From: Dicyema japonicum
Lineage: Eukaryota > Animalia > Dicyemida
Length of the DNA: 64,000 bases
Assembly: GCA_011109175.1 (NCBI GenBank)
Contig: RDEW01000076.1
Coordinates: 1 to 64,000, forward strand
Reading direction: 5' to 3'
In this document: piece after piece, positions 1-12,659 of the stretch
How the letters are laid out: each line of letters starts with the position of its first letter
Numbering within the stretch: position 1 is the first letter of the stretch
Program-made: the position numbers and the translations under genes
The notes under the pieces: model-generated
Told to the model about the DNA's origin: nothing
The model's input: only the letters and a program-made list of their open reading frames with translations
Database searches by the model: none

Positions 1-582
1 CTTTGTCCCTAATTTCGATTTTGATGATCTCCACAACAACTTCTCAAATCCTTGTTAGCTTGGAATGTCAGGGATTTGAAGAAATCGTAAAAATTCCAAT
101 CTCCTTTCCTTTTAAGTTGTTTTTCTTAATTGGGACATTTAGATTGGGGAACAATATTTACGTGAAATCTTGCGGAAAATTTTTCGTGGTCCCCGAGTTC
201 AGTGGAGCCCATGCGATCATCCTCCTATTGGCCAACCTCTTAACTCTGGTTTACGGAATTTTGGCCTTCGTGTGTCATTACTGCTTAAATAAGTCCCACA
301 AACTAACAGAACAGTTTTACAAAATGGTAATATTAAAATACATTCGAGGATTCAATCGTAAACATGGGGTTGGCTATGTTCTGGGGGATCGCACTCACCC
401 AGTGGATTCCCTTCAACGCGGGAATCACCAATTTCATTCAATCTGCGTTCATTTGCCAGGATTACCAGAATGCTTGCTATATTGTTGAGTTTCCCTTTCA
501 TTGGGAGTTCATATTCTCGGGGGTTGTTATTACATTTATTCTAGGTGTTTGGGATGGTTATTTTATTCTGTCTGGTTGTTAA
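1..582 (+). CDS. Synaptophysin/synaptoporin-family MARVEL membrane protein, 5'-partial; introns 116-142 (27 nt) and 327-348 (22 nt)
   Basis: The spliced product ...VSLECQG..ISFPFK|LGNN..FFVVPEFS..TM..FYKM|DSIVNMGLAMFW..C..C..TM..WDGYF matches the synaptophysin layout (loop Cys, YPFRL-like motif, D-x7-FW in TM3). Stop TAA 580-582. Confidence 0.65.
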
Positions 583-729
583 TTTTATGAATGTCTTTCT
601 TAAGACCACGTGGATTCTAAATATGGATATTTACAAAGAGAAGGATAGATTTTCGATTCCAAACAAAAGAAAACGTGTAAGATTCGCTGAATCGACTATT
701 AATTATATTTAACATTGTTGGTCCTTAAT

Positions 730-1240
730 TTATTAACCCCCAAATCACGAGGAAGAGGATATGAGTTATCGTCTAATTAAGTGACCCCGGTGTCCATATC
801 AGTCCTTTTCTTGCGGTTGGTTTTGGAGTCTTGGATGGATCTCCACAAGGTGAAGGTTTCTTCTCGTATCTGGAGCAGGCGTCCATATATAGTTTGATGT
901 CCGACCCAAGGGGATGGTCAGGGGACTTGCCATCTTGAGGAAGTCCCGTTCCGTAAGGTATGTAATGGGGACGTTTAGTTTTGGACGTCGAAGATCTCTA
1001 TAATATTCTGAGACATCGGTTTTGTAACACTTCCAGCTGTGCCTATAATGATAGTGGGGGGGACAATCCTTGCAGCTCAGGTGTATTCGACACTCGGTAG
1101 AACTAGTTGTTTGTATAGAAGCTCTAACGATGGGCGGGAAGATGCTTGGGAGTGCGTAAAAGCCTTGAGAATTCAAAACAAAAAATAATTTTATTTTATT
1201 ATTCGTGAACTTGGATGGCCGAGGTGTCTCCTCCGTCAAT
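730..1240 (-). mobile_element. Decayed LINE 3' fragment
   Basis: Ends in the ...GGGGTTAATAAA-type 3' terminus that recurs after other Jockey/CR1-like RT remnants in the window; the ORF is degenerate. Confidence 0.35.
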
Positions 1241-1589
1241 AGGTATCGAGATAAGTGTCAGAAGCTTATGAATTGCAGCAGTTTAGGTTGTTTACTCAAT
1301 TTTAAGGAAGTTAAGGGAGGAATCATTGAAGGAAAATTTATTTACTTCCTCCATATCTCAGCAAAAATAATTTGGAGGAGGTCTAAATTCAATTTCCATA
1401 AAAATAAATGCACGTTATTTCAATTTTGTCTGACCTTGAAAGGAAAGCCTCCAGTGCCTCAGAAAGACAGGAATATTGCGGGTATTGAAGGAAAAAAAAC
1501 ACATTTGGCCAAGAATTATTTCGTCCGAGTGCGGGTGGAAGATTCTTCTAACTCAAGCATCGGTATCATCAAGGAATGTCAAAAAAATT

Positions 1590-2010
1590 AGATGGAGAAA
1601 ATTTACTGAAATTGCTCCATTCATCTCTAAGTGTTTTGAAATACGAATGTCGATGGATCAACAGAATGGCTAACTGGGGGAAACAATAGTCCTAGATTGG
1701 AAGCACTGTTGATCCAAGATCGGAATCTTTTTTGAAGAGAGGAAATCAAATTGCAGTCATTGTGGTATGATCAAAGAGAGCGTGGATCATCTGGATACAC
1801 GATGTAGCAGGATGGTGCGTATATGGGGGACATAACGGAGTTGTAAGGTGTATAAACCTAAAACTACGTGTTAATTTGGAACCAAAAGAATAAGAGCACA
1901 TCACGATAAATCCAAGAATGAAATAATACTGATAGAAGTTGGGATCACCCCCAAGAATTGTTAAAACACGTTGAAGTTGAGAAGCTCTAGAAATACGATC
2001 TTCAGAATCA
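1590..2010 (+). mobile_element. R4/Dong-like non-LTR retrotransposon remnant (Cys knuckle plus restriction-like endonuclease)
   Basis: Frames read CSHCGMIKESVDHLDTRCSRM..HNGVVRCI..LIEVGIT; same family as 12660-13530. Confidence 0.7.
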
Positions 2011-2124
2011 GAACCAATCTATTCAACAAGTAATTAAGGAGTTAGTTTAAGAGATTTTTTAATCGTGTCCGCCTTTGCGGCCTGGACACTTCACATGTAT
2101 CCCATCTCCATTTTAGTTGTCCCC

Positions 2125-3080
2125 TTAGTATGTATTGTATAGTTGGTTACCCAACCTGACTTTGACATTTATCTTTACTGGCCTGACAAGGCTATTCTTT
2201 TCCTCAGTTAGGCTTTCATGCAATTTCCTCCCCAGAGATATTTTTATCGCCGCTCGCCTTGAGAAAAAAAGGCGAGCGAGAATCCTTTCTCTCGAGGGAG
2301 TATGAAACCATCCCTCACATCCGTAAATCAGTCTTGGAAGAATCACAATTCGGAAGATAAACAGCATTGTATCGACATCCAACATTAGTTTTCTGGTGCA
2401 GAACATCGCTTGAACGGCCTTCTTCCTCCGCTCCTCGATGTCCTTCCGATACGATCCTCTTCCATCCACTGCAATCCCCAGGTATTGCAGGCTAGAGACT
2501 CTAGGTATCCGTAGCGTATAGGACTCTCTCTGGTGGCGACCCAGCCTGCATATTCGCAAGTAACTGGATTTTTCTGTGGATAGTTTCATCCCTCTCCTAT
2601 CGCACCAAACCTGGACTTTGTCGACAAAAGCCCCGATTCGTCGCTCAGAGATGTAGGCCTTTAGAGATGAGTCTAGGATTAAGATGTCATCCGCATATAT
2701 CATCAGCTTGGTCCTAACGTCTTGTGGAGAAGGAAAGTCTTCCATAAATATGTTGAATAATAGAGGGCTTAGAATAGACCCCTGCGGCACTCCTCTTTTA
2801 AACAATATATCTTCGGAATATCTTCCACCAACCACCACGTTTGATATCCTCCCAGTCAACAGGTTTTTCAGCCATAGGAACATTTGTCTTGAAATTTTTG
2901 ATCGAACCAGTTGACAGAATAAGGCTTCGTGCCATCCACACACCAATAACATTGTTTAAACACTCCAGAATGTTCACATAGACTTTCGAATCGGGAACTT
3001 TCATTGTACGGAGGAGCCTTGAGTGTGTTGAATTGATTCATTAGCATGATGTTCAATAAATGTTCCACTATATTTTCCAT
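2125..3080 (-). mobile_element. Non-LTR reverse transcriptase fragment (Jockey/I/CR1-like)
   Basis: Motifs GVPQGSILSPLLFNIFM, YADD, YLG, ILPRLIYG; 5' part disrupted. Confidence 0.9.
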
Positions 3081-3462
3081 ACAGTTTAATAAATCTCTTA
3101 GATCATAATTTGAGGATTTATGTGTAGCTTAGGCGAACGACATAGAAGGTGTCGAGTGGCTTCGTAAAACTTACGAATGTAGAAATCGCATTTTCAATCC
3201 ATTACCTGTGAGCTTATGATAGTTAGGGGACTAGAGTCATTTATTTTGAGTTGTAGTAACCCAACTTGGTCGGTTGATGCTTCAATAGGGAGATGTTCGG
3301 GGACAAAGTCGTTCCAAGTTAGTTTCGACACTCTCTTTTGGTGAACAAGGAACTTGTTAAAAACCTTTATTTAAATGTTAGAATTATTGTTTTGGTTGAA
3401 TAAATAAAATAATTTTAAATTCAATAATTTTTGTTTTGATAAATAAATTAATAATAAAAACA

Positions 3463-3476
3463 GTTGCCAAGATAAT
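3463..3476 (+). promoter_or_regulatory. Possible RFX X-box at the IFT80 start
   Basis: GTTGCCAAGATAAT resembles the X-box (GTTGCC-NN-RRYAAC) typical of ciliary genes; it is imperfect and overlaps the ATG. Confidence 0.35.
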
Positions 3477-6002
3477 GAAATTATCAAATCTACATTACGC
3501 GGATAATAAAGGTAGAATGTGTTCTCAAACTAAGAGTTCGTATCATCAGTTTGTTGGCTCAATGGTTCCACAGTTCTTGGATGTTGTGAATCGGAAATAG
3601 TCGACAGTGATTCGAACATTTTCATGAAACTGACAGAAGAGGCTGTATGTATCTGCTGTGCAAGTTCTCTGGTAATAGGGACTGTCGATGGTTAACATTC
3701 GATTTAGTAAAGGAAAAATTTTTATGATTTCTAAAGCGGGAAAGATCTCCAAGAGCTTTCAGGCTCACAAGGGGGCAGTACTTTCAGTAAAGTGGTGTCC
3801 CGATCACTCCTCGTTTGCTACAAGTAAATGAAAATATAAGTTTCCAAGGCGGAGAAGACGGAAGTTTAAAGATCTGGTCAAATAACGGGATGCTCAGATC
3901 GACGATATTCCAAGAAAGTACCTTCGACGGTAATTAAAATAGACTCAGCCATATATTCGATCGCTTGGTCCCCGATAGATGCCAAAAACATCGTCTCAGC
4001 CTTCTACAAAAACTTGATCATTTCTTCCTTGGATGCTCAGACCGAGCAAGTCACGGTATTTAAATTTGTAATAAAAAGTGGAAAGCACACGAGGGAGCTG
4101 TTCTGGGGGTTGATTGGAGCAGAGATAACATTATTGTATCGGGAGGTGAAGACTGCAGATATAAAGTATGAAATATCTACCAATCTACCAGATTTGGGAC
4201 AATCGGGGACGTCTTATATTTCAAAGCAGAATGGAATCGCACGTGATAACATCAATTTGCTGTTCACCATTCGGGGATTGTTTCTCCGTGGCAACGTACA
4301 ACACGTTACGTTTATGTCGAAATAACGGGGTGATACGACCGTGGGAATACTTTAGATGTCCTATTCACTAGAAAAGCTCTCCTCCGAGGGAATCATGTCG
4401 ACTAGTTGGTCTCCAAATGGGAGCAAGCTTGCGATAGGATTCAGTAGTGGGAGACTTCTCATCACCCAGGTAACGGGAAGGTACAATCTGCAGTAATTAT
4501 AGGACCATGGAGTGGAAAAACCTCAAGTTGATTCTAAAAAAGCCGAAAAATATTCACATAAAAGATATTGTGACGAGTAATGAGGAAAACTTGGAATTTC
4601 GCGACAATGTCATCGCATTCTCGATTAAACATGACCGTTTGGTGGCACTCACGGATAATCAATGTTTCATATACAAGTTTACTAAATGCGCATATTTAGC
4701 GTGGAGAACTGGAATACCCCCGCAATATTCAAATTAAGGGACAGTGGAGTAACCTCCATTATGCAATCCAAAAAGTAGAATATTACGCTTATCGAGATTA
4801 TTCGGTTTAGTTGATGAGAATGGATTGGCCGTGTATTACTATGATGGACGACCTGTTCAGTTGAGTCTCCCAGGCTTTAAGCAGAATTGTCTCTGCGACT
4901 TAACTGACGACTTCATGGCCTATGTGACAAATGGAAGAGGTAGTTTTGTCTTAGCAACAGAAATCACTGTGGTTGACTCTATTACGGGGAACAATTTAAT
5001 GGCGGGAAAAGGAAATTTACTTCATAAGGTGGTTTCGGGATAACCTTCAGAGTCCAATCACTCAAATAAAACTGGGAGATGACAACTTACTCTATATTCT
5101 TGACCAAAAACGGGACCTTTACGTAACTTGCCTCCAATTACCGCTAAACAAGAAAATCCAAAAAATCAGTAACCCCCAATTATTTGTCAAATAGGCTCCT
5201 CGGTGGAAAGTTTCATGTGCAATGAAATAAACTCATCACTGGTCACTGTGGGGAGGGAAATTTAGTATTATGGATTTACCCCCTAATCATCTTCACGGAC
5301 AAATCATTACTAACTTCCGCAATTATCGACTATGACATCAGGTTGACCATGTATGAATCAATTCTAGAGATTTGGGCAAAAATCCAAGAATAGTCTCATA
5401 TCTTGGGAATGAGGTTACTTTGGAGACCAACGAGGCTCCTAGGATATTGCATTCTGTTTCTTTATTTGCGAATGGATTTTTAAAGACAGTCAGGAAAAAT
5501 CTATCTGAGGCCCTGAGACTCGCTCGTCTAATAAATTTATATTTTTAATTAATTTTTAGATAAACCAGTTCTGGACTGTTCTTGCCGTGGCTGCTCTAAC
5601 GGATCTTCAACTTGGTGTCGCTCAAACTGCGTTTACAGCAATTGGAGAGGTCTCGTGTAAATTTGAATGTGAAGATCGATAAAAGCGAATATTGTCGGAA
5701 AATGTCAGAAATGGGACCAAGGAAGCAAAGAGAGCAGCATTGATGCTGTATTCCGGGAATTATGTCGAAGCTCAGCAAATTTACCTGAAAAATAATATGA
5801 TACGTGAGGCGGTAGACATGAACATTACACTTCACAAATGGAATACGTGAGCCTACCGGTTAATTACAGGGCTCTTGAATTGGCTTTCAAACACCCAACA
5901 TTCATTGATGTTGTTTTAAATGCCAGAAGAGAGTATTTGGAGAACCTAAATATGGCAGAAACAATCCCTGAATTTCTTAAACTAACAGTAAATGCAGTAT
6001 AA
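3475..6002 (+). CDS. IFT80: Intraflagellar transport protein 80; about 17 introns of 21-26 nt, two apparent 1-nt deletions (5250-5253, 5713-5715) and one non-GT donor (5537)
   Basis: Spliced translation is colinear with IFT80: [74 protein letters not shown]. Confidence 0.93.
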
Positions 6003-6876
6003 ATTATCATTTAATCATAAAATGTTGTTTTGGCTCGGGCACTATTACGTCATCCTCTTCCACCTGTTCTTGCCAAGAGCGAGCTCCCTAGTCCAAGTTC
6101 TCTCAGAGACACCTCTTAATCTTTTGAAGGTCAGGAATATTAGTGGGTGGTCCTTGGTAGTCCATGGAATCGTAGAGCATCAAAGTGAAGAAGTTCTCCA
6201 GGTCCATTCCGATACAGTCCAAACACCCACCACTATTTCAATCGAGGGTGACAAGCAGCTGAGATACATAAAATTTAAGATTATTTTCTGTTATCTTATT
6301 TATCAAGATAAAGGCAACCTAGACACTTAGATAACCCCGAATACACAGGAAAAAGGTCAAGAGTTAATTAACGTCGGACTAAGTCCTCACGGTGGAGTGA
6401 AATCATCTTTTCCATGAATAACGCCCATGGAAACCCCTCCAGAGGAGTCGGGAAGGGATAGATCCTTTTTGGATGTCAGCCGAAATGGGCGTCTTATAAA
6501 ACAGAAAAATCGATTGATGTATTTTAGGCCTTGAAGAAGGCACAGAATTCATAAATACAAAGGGGGAGTCACAAGCTGAATAGTCGGTCTCGTGATATTG
6601 AAGGGGACTATCAGTTGACCAATGATATTTTATTTAATTCTTCAAATAATCTCTTGAATAAACCAACAAAAGTTGAGATAAGACAATAATCGACATTCTA
6701 ATCAATAATGTAACAATATTTTAGTTTAAAAAAATAAAAACTTTATTTAATAATTTAAATAAAAATAAAAATCTGGATCATTTTTGAAAGTTATTAAGGT
6801 AAGCTTATTAATTCAAATTCAAAAGATAATCATCACTGTAATTAGTTGCTGTGAAACAAATTCAATTACTTATTTC

Positions 6877-9023
6877 ATGCTAATCTTCCTTCTTATTTAT
6901 GGCATTTATTCAGATAAAAATTTGTACGGATTTTCCCCAGTTGATTCGTCACCGATTTTTAAAGAGGATGGGATTCATGTATTCAATAACGAAAATGTGG
7001 TTCTGCGGGCAATTGGAAGGGATTTGACTTACAAAATAATATGGTTCACTGAAATAAACAGAACAGTCAATTCGGTTTGTAGTGACTTTAAGATTCCTAC
7101 CTATTCCGCCCCCAAATGGTGCGAAAGTGTAACAAACTGTCTCTCCTTTTCTGTGGATTCGTTCAAACCCAATCGAAAGTACTATCCATGTCTTTGCGAC
7201 AATACGACCCAACATTGCTATCACCAAGGAGGATCCCCCATTCTAACAATCATCTCAAATGCTCCAGTACCTCCTGTGATCTCTCTTTGGCTGAAAATTG
7301 TGTTTGTAATTGTCGGGTTCTTCCTAACCGGCCTTTTCAGTGGTCTCAACCTTGGACTCATGTCTCTGGGTCTCACTGAACTTCAAATAATTGAGGATTC
7401 TGGTACCCCAACTGAACAAAAATACGCTAAAATGATAAAACCCGTGAGAAAGCGGGGGAACTTGCTACTGTGCACAATTCTCTTTGGAAATGTACTGGTG
7501 AACACGACGATTACGATAATTCTTGATGATCTTATTGGTTCGGGAATCATGGCTGTGGTAGCCTCAACGTTGGGAATTGTTATCCTCGGGGAAATCATCC
7601 CCCAAGCCGTATGTTCTCGACACAGTCTCAAGGTGGGGGCGAAGACAATTTGGATTACCTACTTTTTCATAGTCGTCACCTTCCCCCTGTCTTTCCCGAT
7701 TTCATACATCCTTACCAAATGTCTGGGAGAGGAAATCGGTCAAGTGTTCTCACGTGAGAAACTGATTGCATTAATTCGAATCACGTGTCAGAAGCCAGAC
7801 TCAAAGAAGAGCGATGCGATGAATATAATTGCTGGAGCCCTTGAAATCTCAAAGAAAACAGTGAAGGACGTGATGACTTTGATTGATGACGTGTTTATGC
7901 TTAATTATGACTCCATTCTTAACTTTTCAACAATGTCGGGGATCATGCAGAAGGGGTACACGAGAATTCCTATCTATGAGAATAACCGTAGCAACATTGT
8001 GGCCATTCTGAACGTAAAGGACCTCACTTTTGTTGGGCCTGACGATGCCATTCCTCTAAAGACCATCTCCACCTTCTATCGTCGGACTATTGTCTCAGTA
8101 TTGGAGGAGACTAGCTTAGAAGCCATGCTAAAGGACTTCCTCTCTGGTTTTGTTACTGTTTTAGCCAAGGACGATCCCATATGGCAATTGTAAAGAAACA
8201 AACAGGGGAAGAACGCACCCAACAAGAGGTCACCGGACTAATTACTTTGGAGGATATCATAGAAGAGATCCTACAGGCGGAAATTGTGGACGAAACTGAC
8301 TCTATAAGTTAGATTGTGGTGGTAAATTATCAGCTGACAATCGATTAAAGAGAAAACGTGTCGTGAACCGTTTGGACTTTACCTGCTTCAACACGCAGTC
8401 TTCAGCACCTCAGATTTCTCCACAGTTGATGTTGGCTGCCTTCCAATTCCTTTCAACATGTTTAGTTTATGTCGAATTCCTTAGCTGTGGAGATATTCGG
8501 CTCTACGTTTATCTCCGAGACTGTTCTGAAAAGACTACTGAAACATAGTGCTGTGGTCAATTTGAATGTGGTCTCTGAAGCTGATAGTCTCAGTCATGGC
8601 AATGATGAAGGTCGTTATATATACAAGTACAACCAACCTGCCGATTATTTTGTTCTCATTCTCCAAGGGAGATGCGAGGTTAGAGTTGGAGTGGAACAAC
8701 TGCTTTTTGACGCGGGAACTTTCACATATTTTGGTACGAAAGCCATCAAAAGTTTATAATGTTATGATTCAGGCGAAAGAATTGTTCTTTCGGGTGGGAG
8801 GAGAGCTACTGTTGAGATGTTTCCCATTCCTCCACGTCATTCCTACATTTGTGACTTTTCTCTTCGGGCAGTAACGGATGTGCAGTATATTAAGGTAGTT
8901 TGAGTGATAATTTGGATTACTGCTGCTGACTACATTAAAGCTTGCCGGGCCACAGCCTTGGAGATGCAGACCCCCCATCGTGACGAAAATACCATTGTTG
9001 ACTTGAATGATGACTGCAATTAA
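6877..9023 (+). CDS. CNNM: CNNM/ACDP metal transporter (signal peptide, DUF21, CBS pair, CNBH-like); 5 introns of 21-26 nt
   Basis: [49 protein letters not shown]|[36 protein letters not shown]; stop TAA 9021-9023. Confidence 0.95.
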
Positions 9024-9114
9024 AATATAACCTTTTTCTTTTATAATTTTCTAACATCTTTCTTTTTATTTTTTTGGCTAACTTTTAGATAATTTTTTCA
9101 AATCTCTGATTTTT

Positions 9115-9330
9115 CCCGCTTCGAGTCTCCCTGCTGTTTATTTCGGCTCAATGTTCGATGCACCAATGATGCTGAAAAGTGACGCCGTTATTAGTGATAC
9201 CTCACTGCGGAACCGGATTGTCTGCAGGGACACACACGGAACCAAAAGAAAAAACATGTCTCCTTCCAATGATTAACTGTTCTTTACTGTTAAGTGTGTG
9301 TAATGAAAATGCAGAGCTAATCAGTAGGCA
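9115..9330 (+). mobile_element. Degenerate copy of the tRNA-derived SINE
   Basis: Shares the blocks GTGACGCCGT, GGAACCGGATTGTCT and ATTAACTGTTCTTTACT with 43991-44303. Confidence 0.7.
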
Positions 9331-10559
9331 TACTTATGAGGATCTGTGTGAGCTTAGAATTGAAAGTATAATGGAATTGCCAAAATGTTTTAATATACTT
9401 AATTATATGTGGTGTTTATTTCACGTTTCCTATCAATTATAATGTCGTGCTATTATTTTGCAGTACAATCTCAACCAATCATTTTTATTGATAAATTTTA
9501 TTTAATCAATAATATTTTATCAAATCGAATTTTAATTTGTTAAAAATTAAGATTTCAAATTAAATAGTTTGTTGTAACTATTGATCCCCGTCGACAAAAC
9601 TGATGCGATTGCCTCTCACAATAGTAATGGAGATTAACTGGATGAGGCACTGGCTTCACGGAAGTCTGGGTGTAGCCGAACGTCCTAGTTTCTTGAGTTA
9701 ATTATTAGTAATATTATATTAAACAGCGAATTTATATATGAAAATTACAACTCCTGTTAATCATACCTTGTTCTGGTCACTAAAATGGAGTTCATTGATG
9801 TTGATTAGCCACGTGGTGTTATGTGACTATTTGGTTTAAGATTTTTGTTTTTTTCTGTTTTTTCTCTTCCTATTTCGAATAGAGTGTTGTCTTGGATCCG
9901 GGAGTGGGGAGGCATGTAAAAAGATCATTTACTCTCCTTCACTCCACTTGAGGGGCTCCCACAGTGGGAGGAATAGACATGGATATGACACAAGGTAAAA
10001 GAATCTTAACCCATTCCGTAAATTGACCCTAACCCTTTCTCTAATTTACCCTAAAACCCATTTATTTTTGTCCCTTTCAACGTTAAACACTTTTTTAGAC
10101 AAAATTAAAAAATTCATCTCACGGTGACTGAAAGTGATAAGTTTAATTAATCAGCCAGGACTTGATGATGCAATTAAAATTCCCCAATTTTGAAGTTTTC
10201 CACAAAAATGATTTCATAATCTAAATGTCTCGCTGCTACCTTCTTCATCACTGCTAAGAAAATGTCTTTCATTTATATTCTGATTAATTGGGCTGTTTTC
10301 GTTATCATGTTGTTTTCTGGTGTCCTAACTTTCAATTTTACAAGCAATAAGTTTTAATGTTGGTCGGGAAACCCTTGAATCTCAGAGAAAGAAAAACTTT
10401 ATAAACTTCCGTATTTAATTGGTGCCCATTTACCCAATTTGACGTTGAGCGGACTTCATATGGGACTTCTTACCTTTTCAGTCTGACTTGCTTTAGAGAT
10501 GCCATATTTCTCACATCTGACCGTATTTCCTTACATTTTCTATTTTTTTCATTTTGATT

Positions 10560-10900
10560 TACAAGTTAATATGAATCCTAGAGGAACACCAAGGAGATAA
10601 GCCTCTTATTATCTTAAGTTCTCTAAACTTGTCTCCAGCATTAAATGATTATGCCATCTCGCTGCTAAACTGCTACATAGGTGTTGTGGAGTTTGAGCCC
10701 AAAGAGTGTGATGAGATGGATGTTATGATCCGTGGGGTATTCAGAGAAACCCATTTCATGTGCTGGTATCCAATAAGGAGAGGTTATATTAATCCCAGGA
10801 GAAATTCGACTGTGAACTGTGTGGAGTATCCAACTAAGTGAGCGTATCTTTATGCGAATGGACTACAGCCTGGGTCAAGTGTGTCTGCTAGGAAGCATGC
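10560..10900 (+). mobile_element. R4/Dong-like retrotransposon fragment (post-RT region)
   Basis: ALNDYAISLLNCYIGVVEFEP..MDVMIR; overlaps by homology with 12690-12770 and 40740-40900. Confidence 0.65.
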
Positions 10901-10933
10901 CATAATAACGACCGAGAAAACACGGGAAACTAT

Positions 10934-11090
10934 CTAAGCACTAGACTCAGACCGTCTTGGGCCCGAAGACTCCACTTGTCTCGACAACAATGGGTTGAAC
11001 GTGGAATCTCGTAGAGAGGCTGTCGCATTTTTTATCTTGAAATTCTCTAAAGTCCGAGCAGCCTCCTCAGCTTTCAACGTGGAACTAGCA
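10934..11090 (-). mobile_element. CRE-like retrotransposon C-terminal endonuclease fragment
   Basis: AEEAARTLENFKIK..FQPIVVETSGVFGP across a frameshift. Confidence 0.55.
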
Positions 11091-11771
11091 AGTCTCGACT
11101 GGGGGCTCAAGCATTTCCGACATGGACGGGAAGTTTTCTCGTATCTCTGATGGTTTTTGAAGTATTTGATAACTGTCGTTGAGGAGACTGCTGAATAAGT
11201 TGGTCGACTTACAAATTTTTGTTGTAGTTTTTGAATTAGGTGAACCATTGCTGCAATAAATATTGAATTTAAAGTCAATGCTCCAATCATTGTTGAATTG
11301 GTGGTAAATGTAATCAAAATTGTATTTTTGTGAATAAATACAAGTCGAGGATGGAATAGTTCGTGACATGACTAAAATAATTCAGATACAGAATTCATCT
11401 TTTGTCACCACATGGTTATGTATTGCAGGACTAGTAGGAGTATAGGAGTCGACAAGTTATCTGAATATTCTCCTTTGGATCCCTTTCACGTCACGACGTC
11501 ATGGTGGGACTGGGTAAGTTCACTTTGATCGCCGATAAATTATTTGCGAAAAAAATTGCATTTCCTCAGTGCTTTCTTTATGGGCCTCATATCATCCAAA
11601 AATATCATGCGAAAAGAGAAGTAAATAAAAAATCGAAAAGTAGAAAGATGAAACCAAAATGTTCAAAGTCATCAGATTTTTACCACAAAGAAAGGACCGA
11701 GATCATAGTCATCGCCAACTCGAACGAACAGTAACGAATAACAGGTGAATATAGTTTCTGCCTATATCTTA

Positions 11772-11905
11772 ACTAAATATCAGAAACATCAAAATATCCC
11801 TTGATTGTCCAATGAGACTAAATATCAGAAACATCAAAACATCCCTTGATTGTCCAATGAGACTAAATATCAGAAACATCAAAACATCCCTTGATTGTCT
11901 AATGA
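11772..11905 (+). repeat. Tandem repeat, 45-bp unit x3, upstream of a LINE pre-RT remnant
   Basis: ACTAAATATCAGAAACATCAAAACATCCCTTGATTGTCCAATGAG x3, near-identical, no spacers; followed by IEKLNCRRAAG..DLLKY. Confidence 0.95.
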
Positions 11906-12659
11906 TTGTCTTGGAAACTCTTAAAGGGATAGAGAAACTAAACTGTAGGAGAGCGGCTGGAGAATATCCCTGCCGAGTTGATCAAGACCTTCTGAAATAC
12001 TCACTCTCATACTTAACAAAGCGTTTGAAAACCATCCTTAACATGGTTGATGAAGACGCGGAGATGACACAAGAAGGTCGGATCACTCTTAGGGTATGTG
12101 GAAGATGAAACCCGACTGAAAATTTTTCTGGTGATTTCGGAAACAGTAAAAATATGGTCCTCGGCTAGAAAACTCAGTGGAAAAGTAAAAATATAAAAAT
12201 GCTTTATCGTATCCGCCCTAATTTATAATTGGGGGACATAGGGCTTGCCAAAACAGGTTACGGAGAGTATTGATAGTTATCACCACATCATGCTCCGGAA
12301 GGTACTCTATATACAGTATAAAGCCCGACCTCGACACTAAGAAAATTTCACCTTGGTTTTTGGAACACCCTCAGATTTTTGAACACTTGGTAGGATTGCC
12401 GTAAAAATGGAAAAGATTCCTTAAGATAAAAACTTCGATTTGGAACAAAATTAATTATGACTTTTTTAGACCTCAAAATGTCCCAGTTAGTGGGCCACTC
12501 ATTAAAAATTTGTCACTTCCAAATTGACCCTTAGGCTTAAGCATTACAAATAGATCACGTTTAAGACGTTTAAGACAGAGACCTTTTAGCTCCAGACCCT
12601 GAAAGAGTTTTCCTCGTTTAGGAAGAAACTATAGCTAATCTTGAAAAAGATGGGAGTAG

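Noticed and set aside
5250-5715. G-insertion RNA editing as the explanation for the frameshifts
   Set aside because: The same context appears on the non-coding strand of the phosphatase gene, and A/T-run slips also occur; homopolymer error is simpler.
11772-11905. CRISPR-like array
   Set aside because: Contiguous tandem units without spacers, eukaryotic context, no cas genes; the same applies to 34863-35054.
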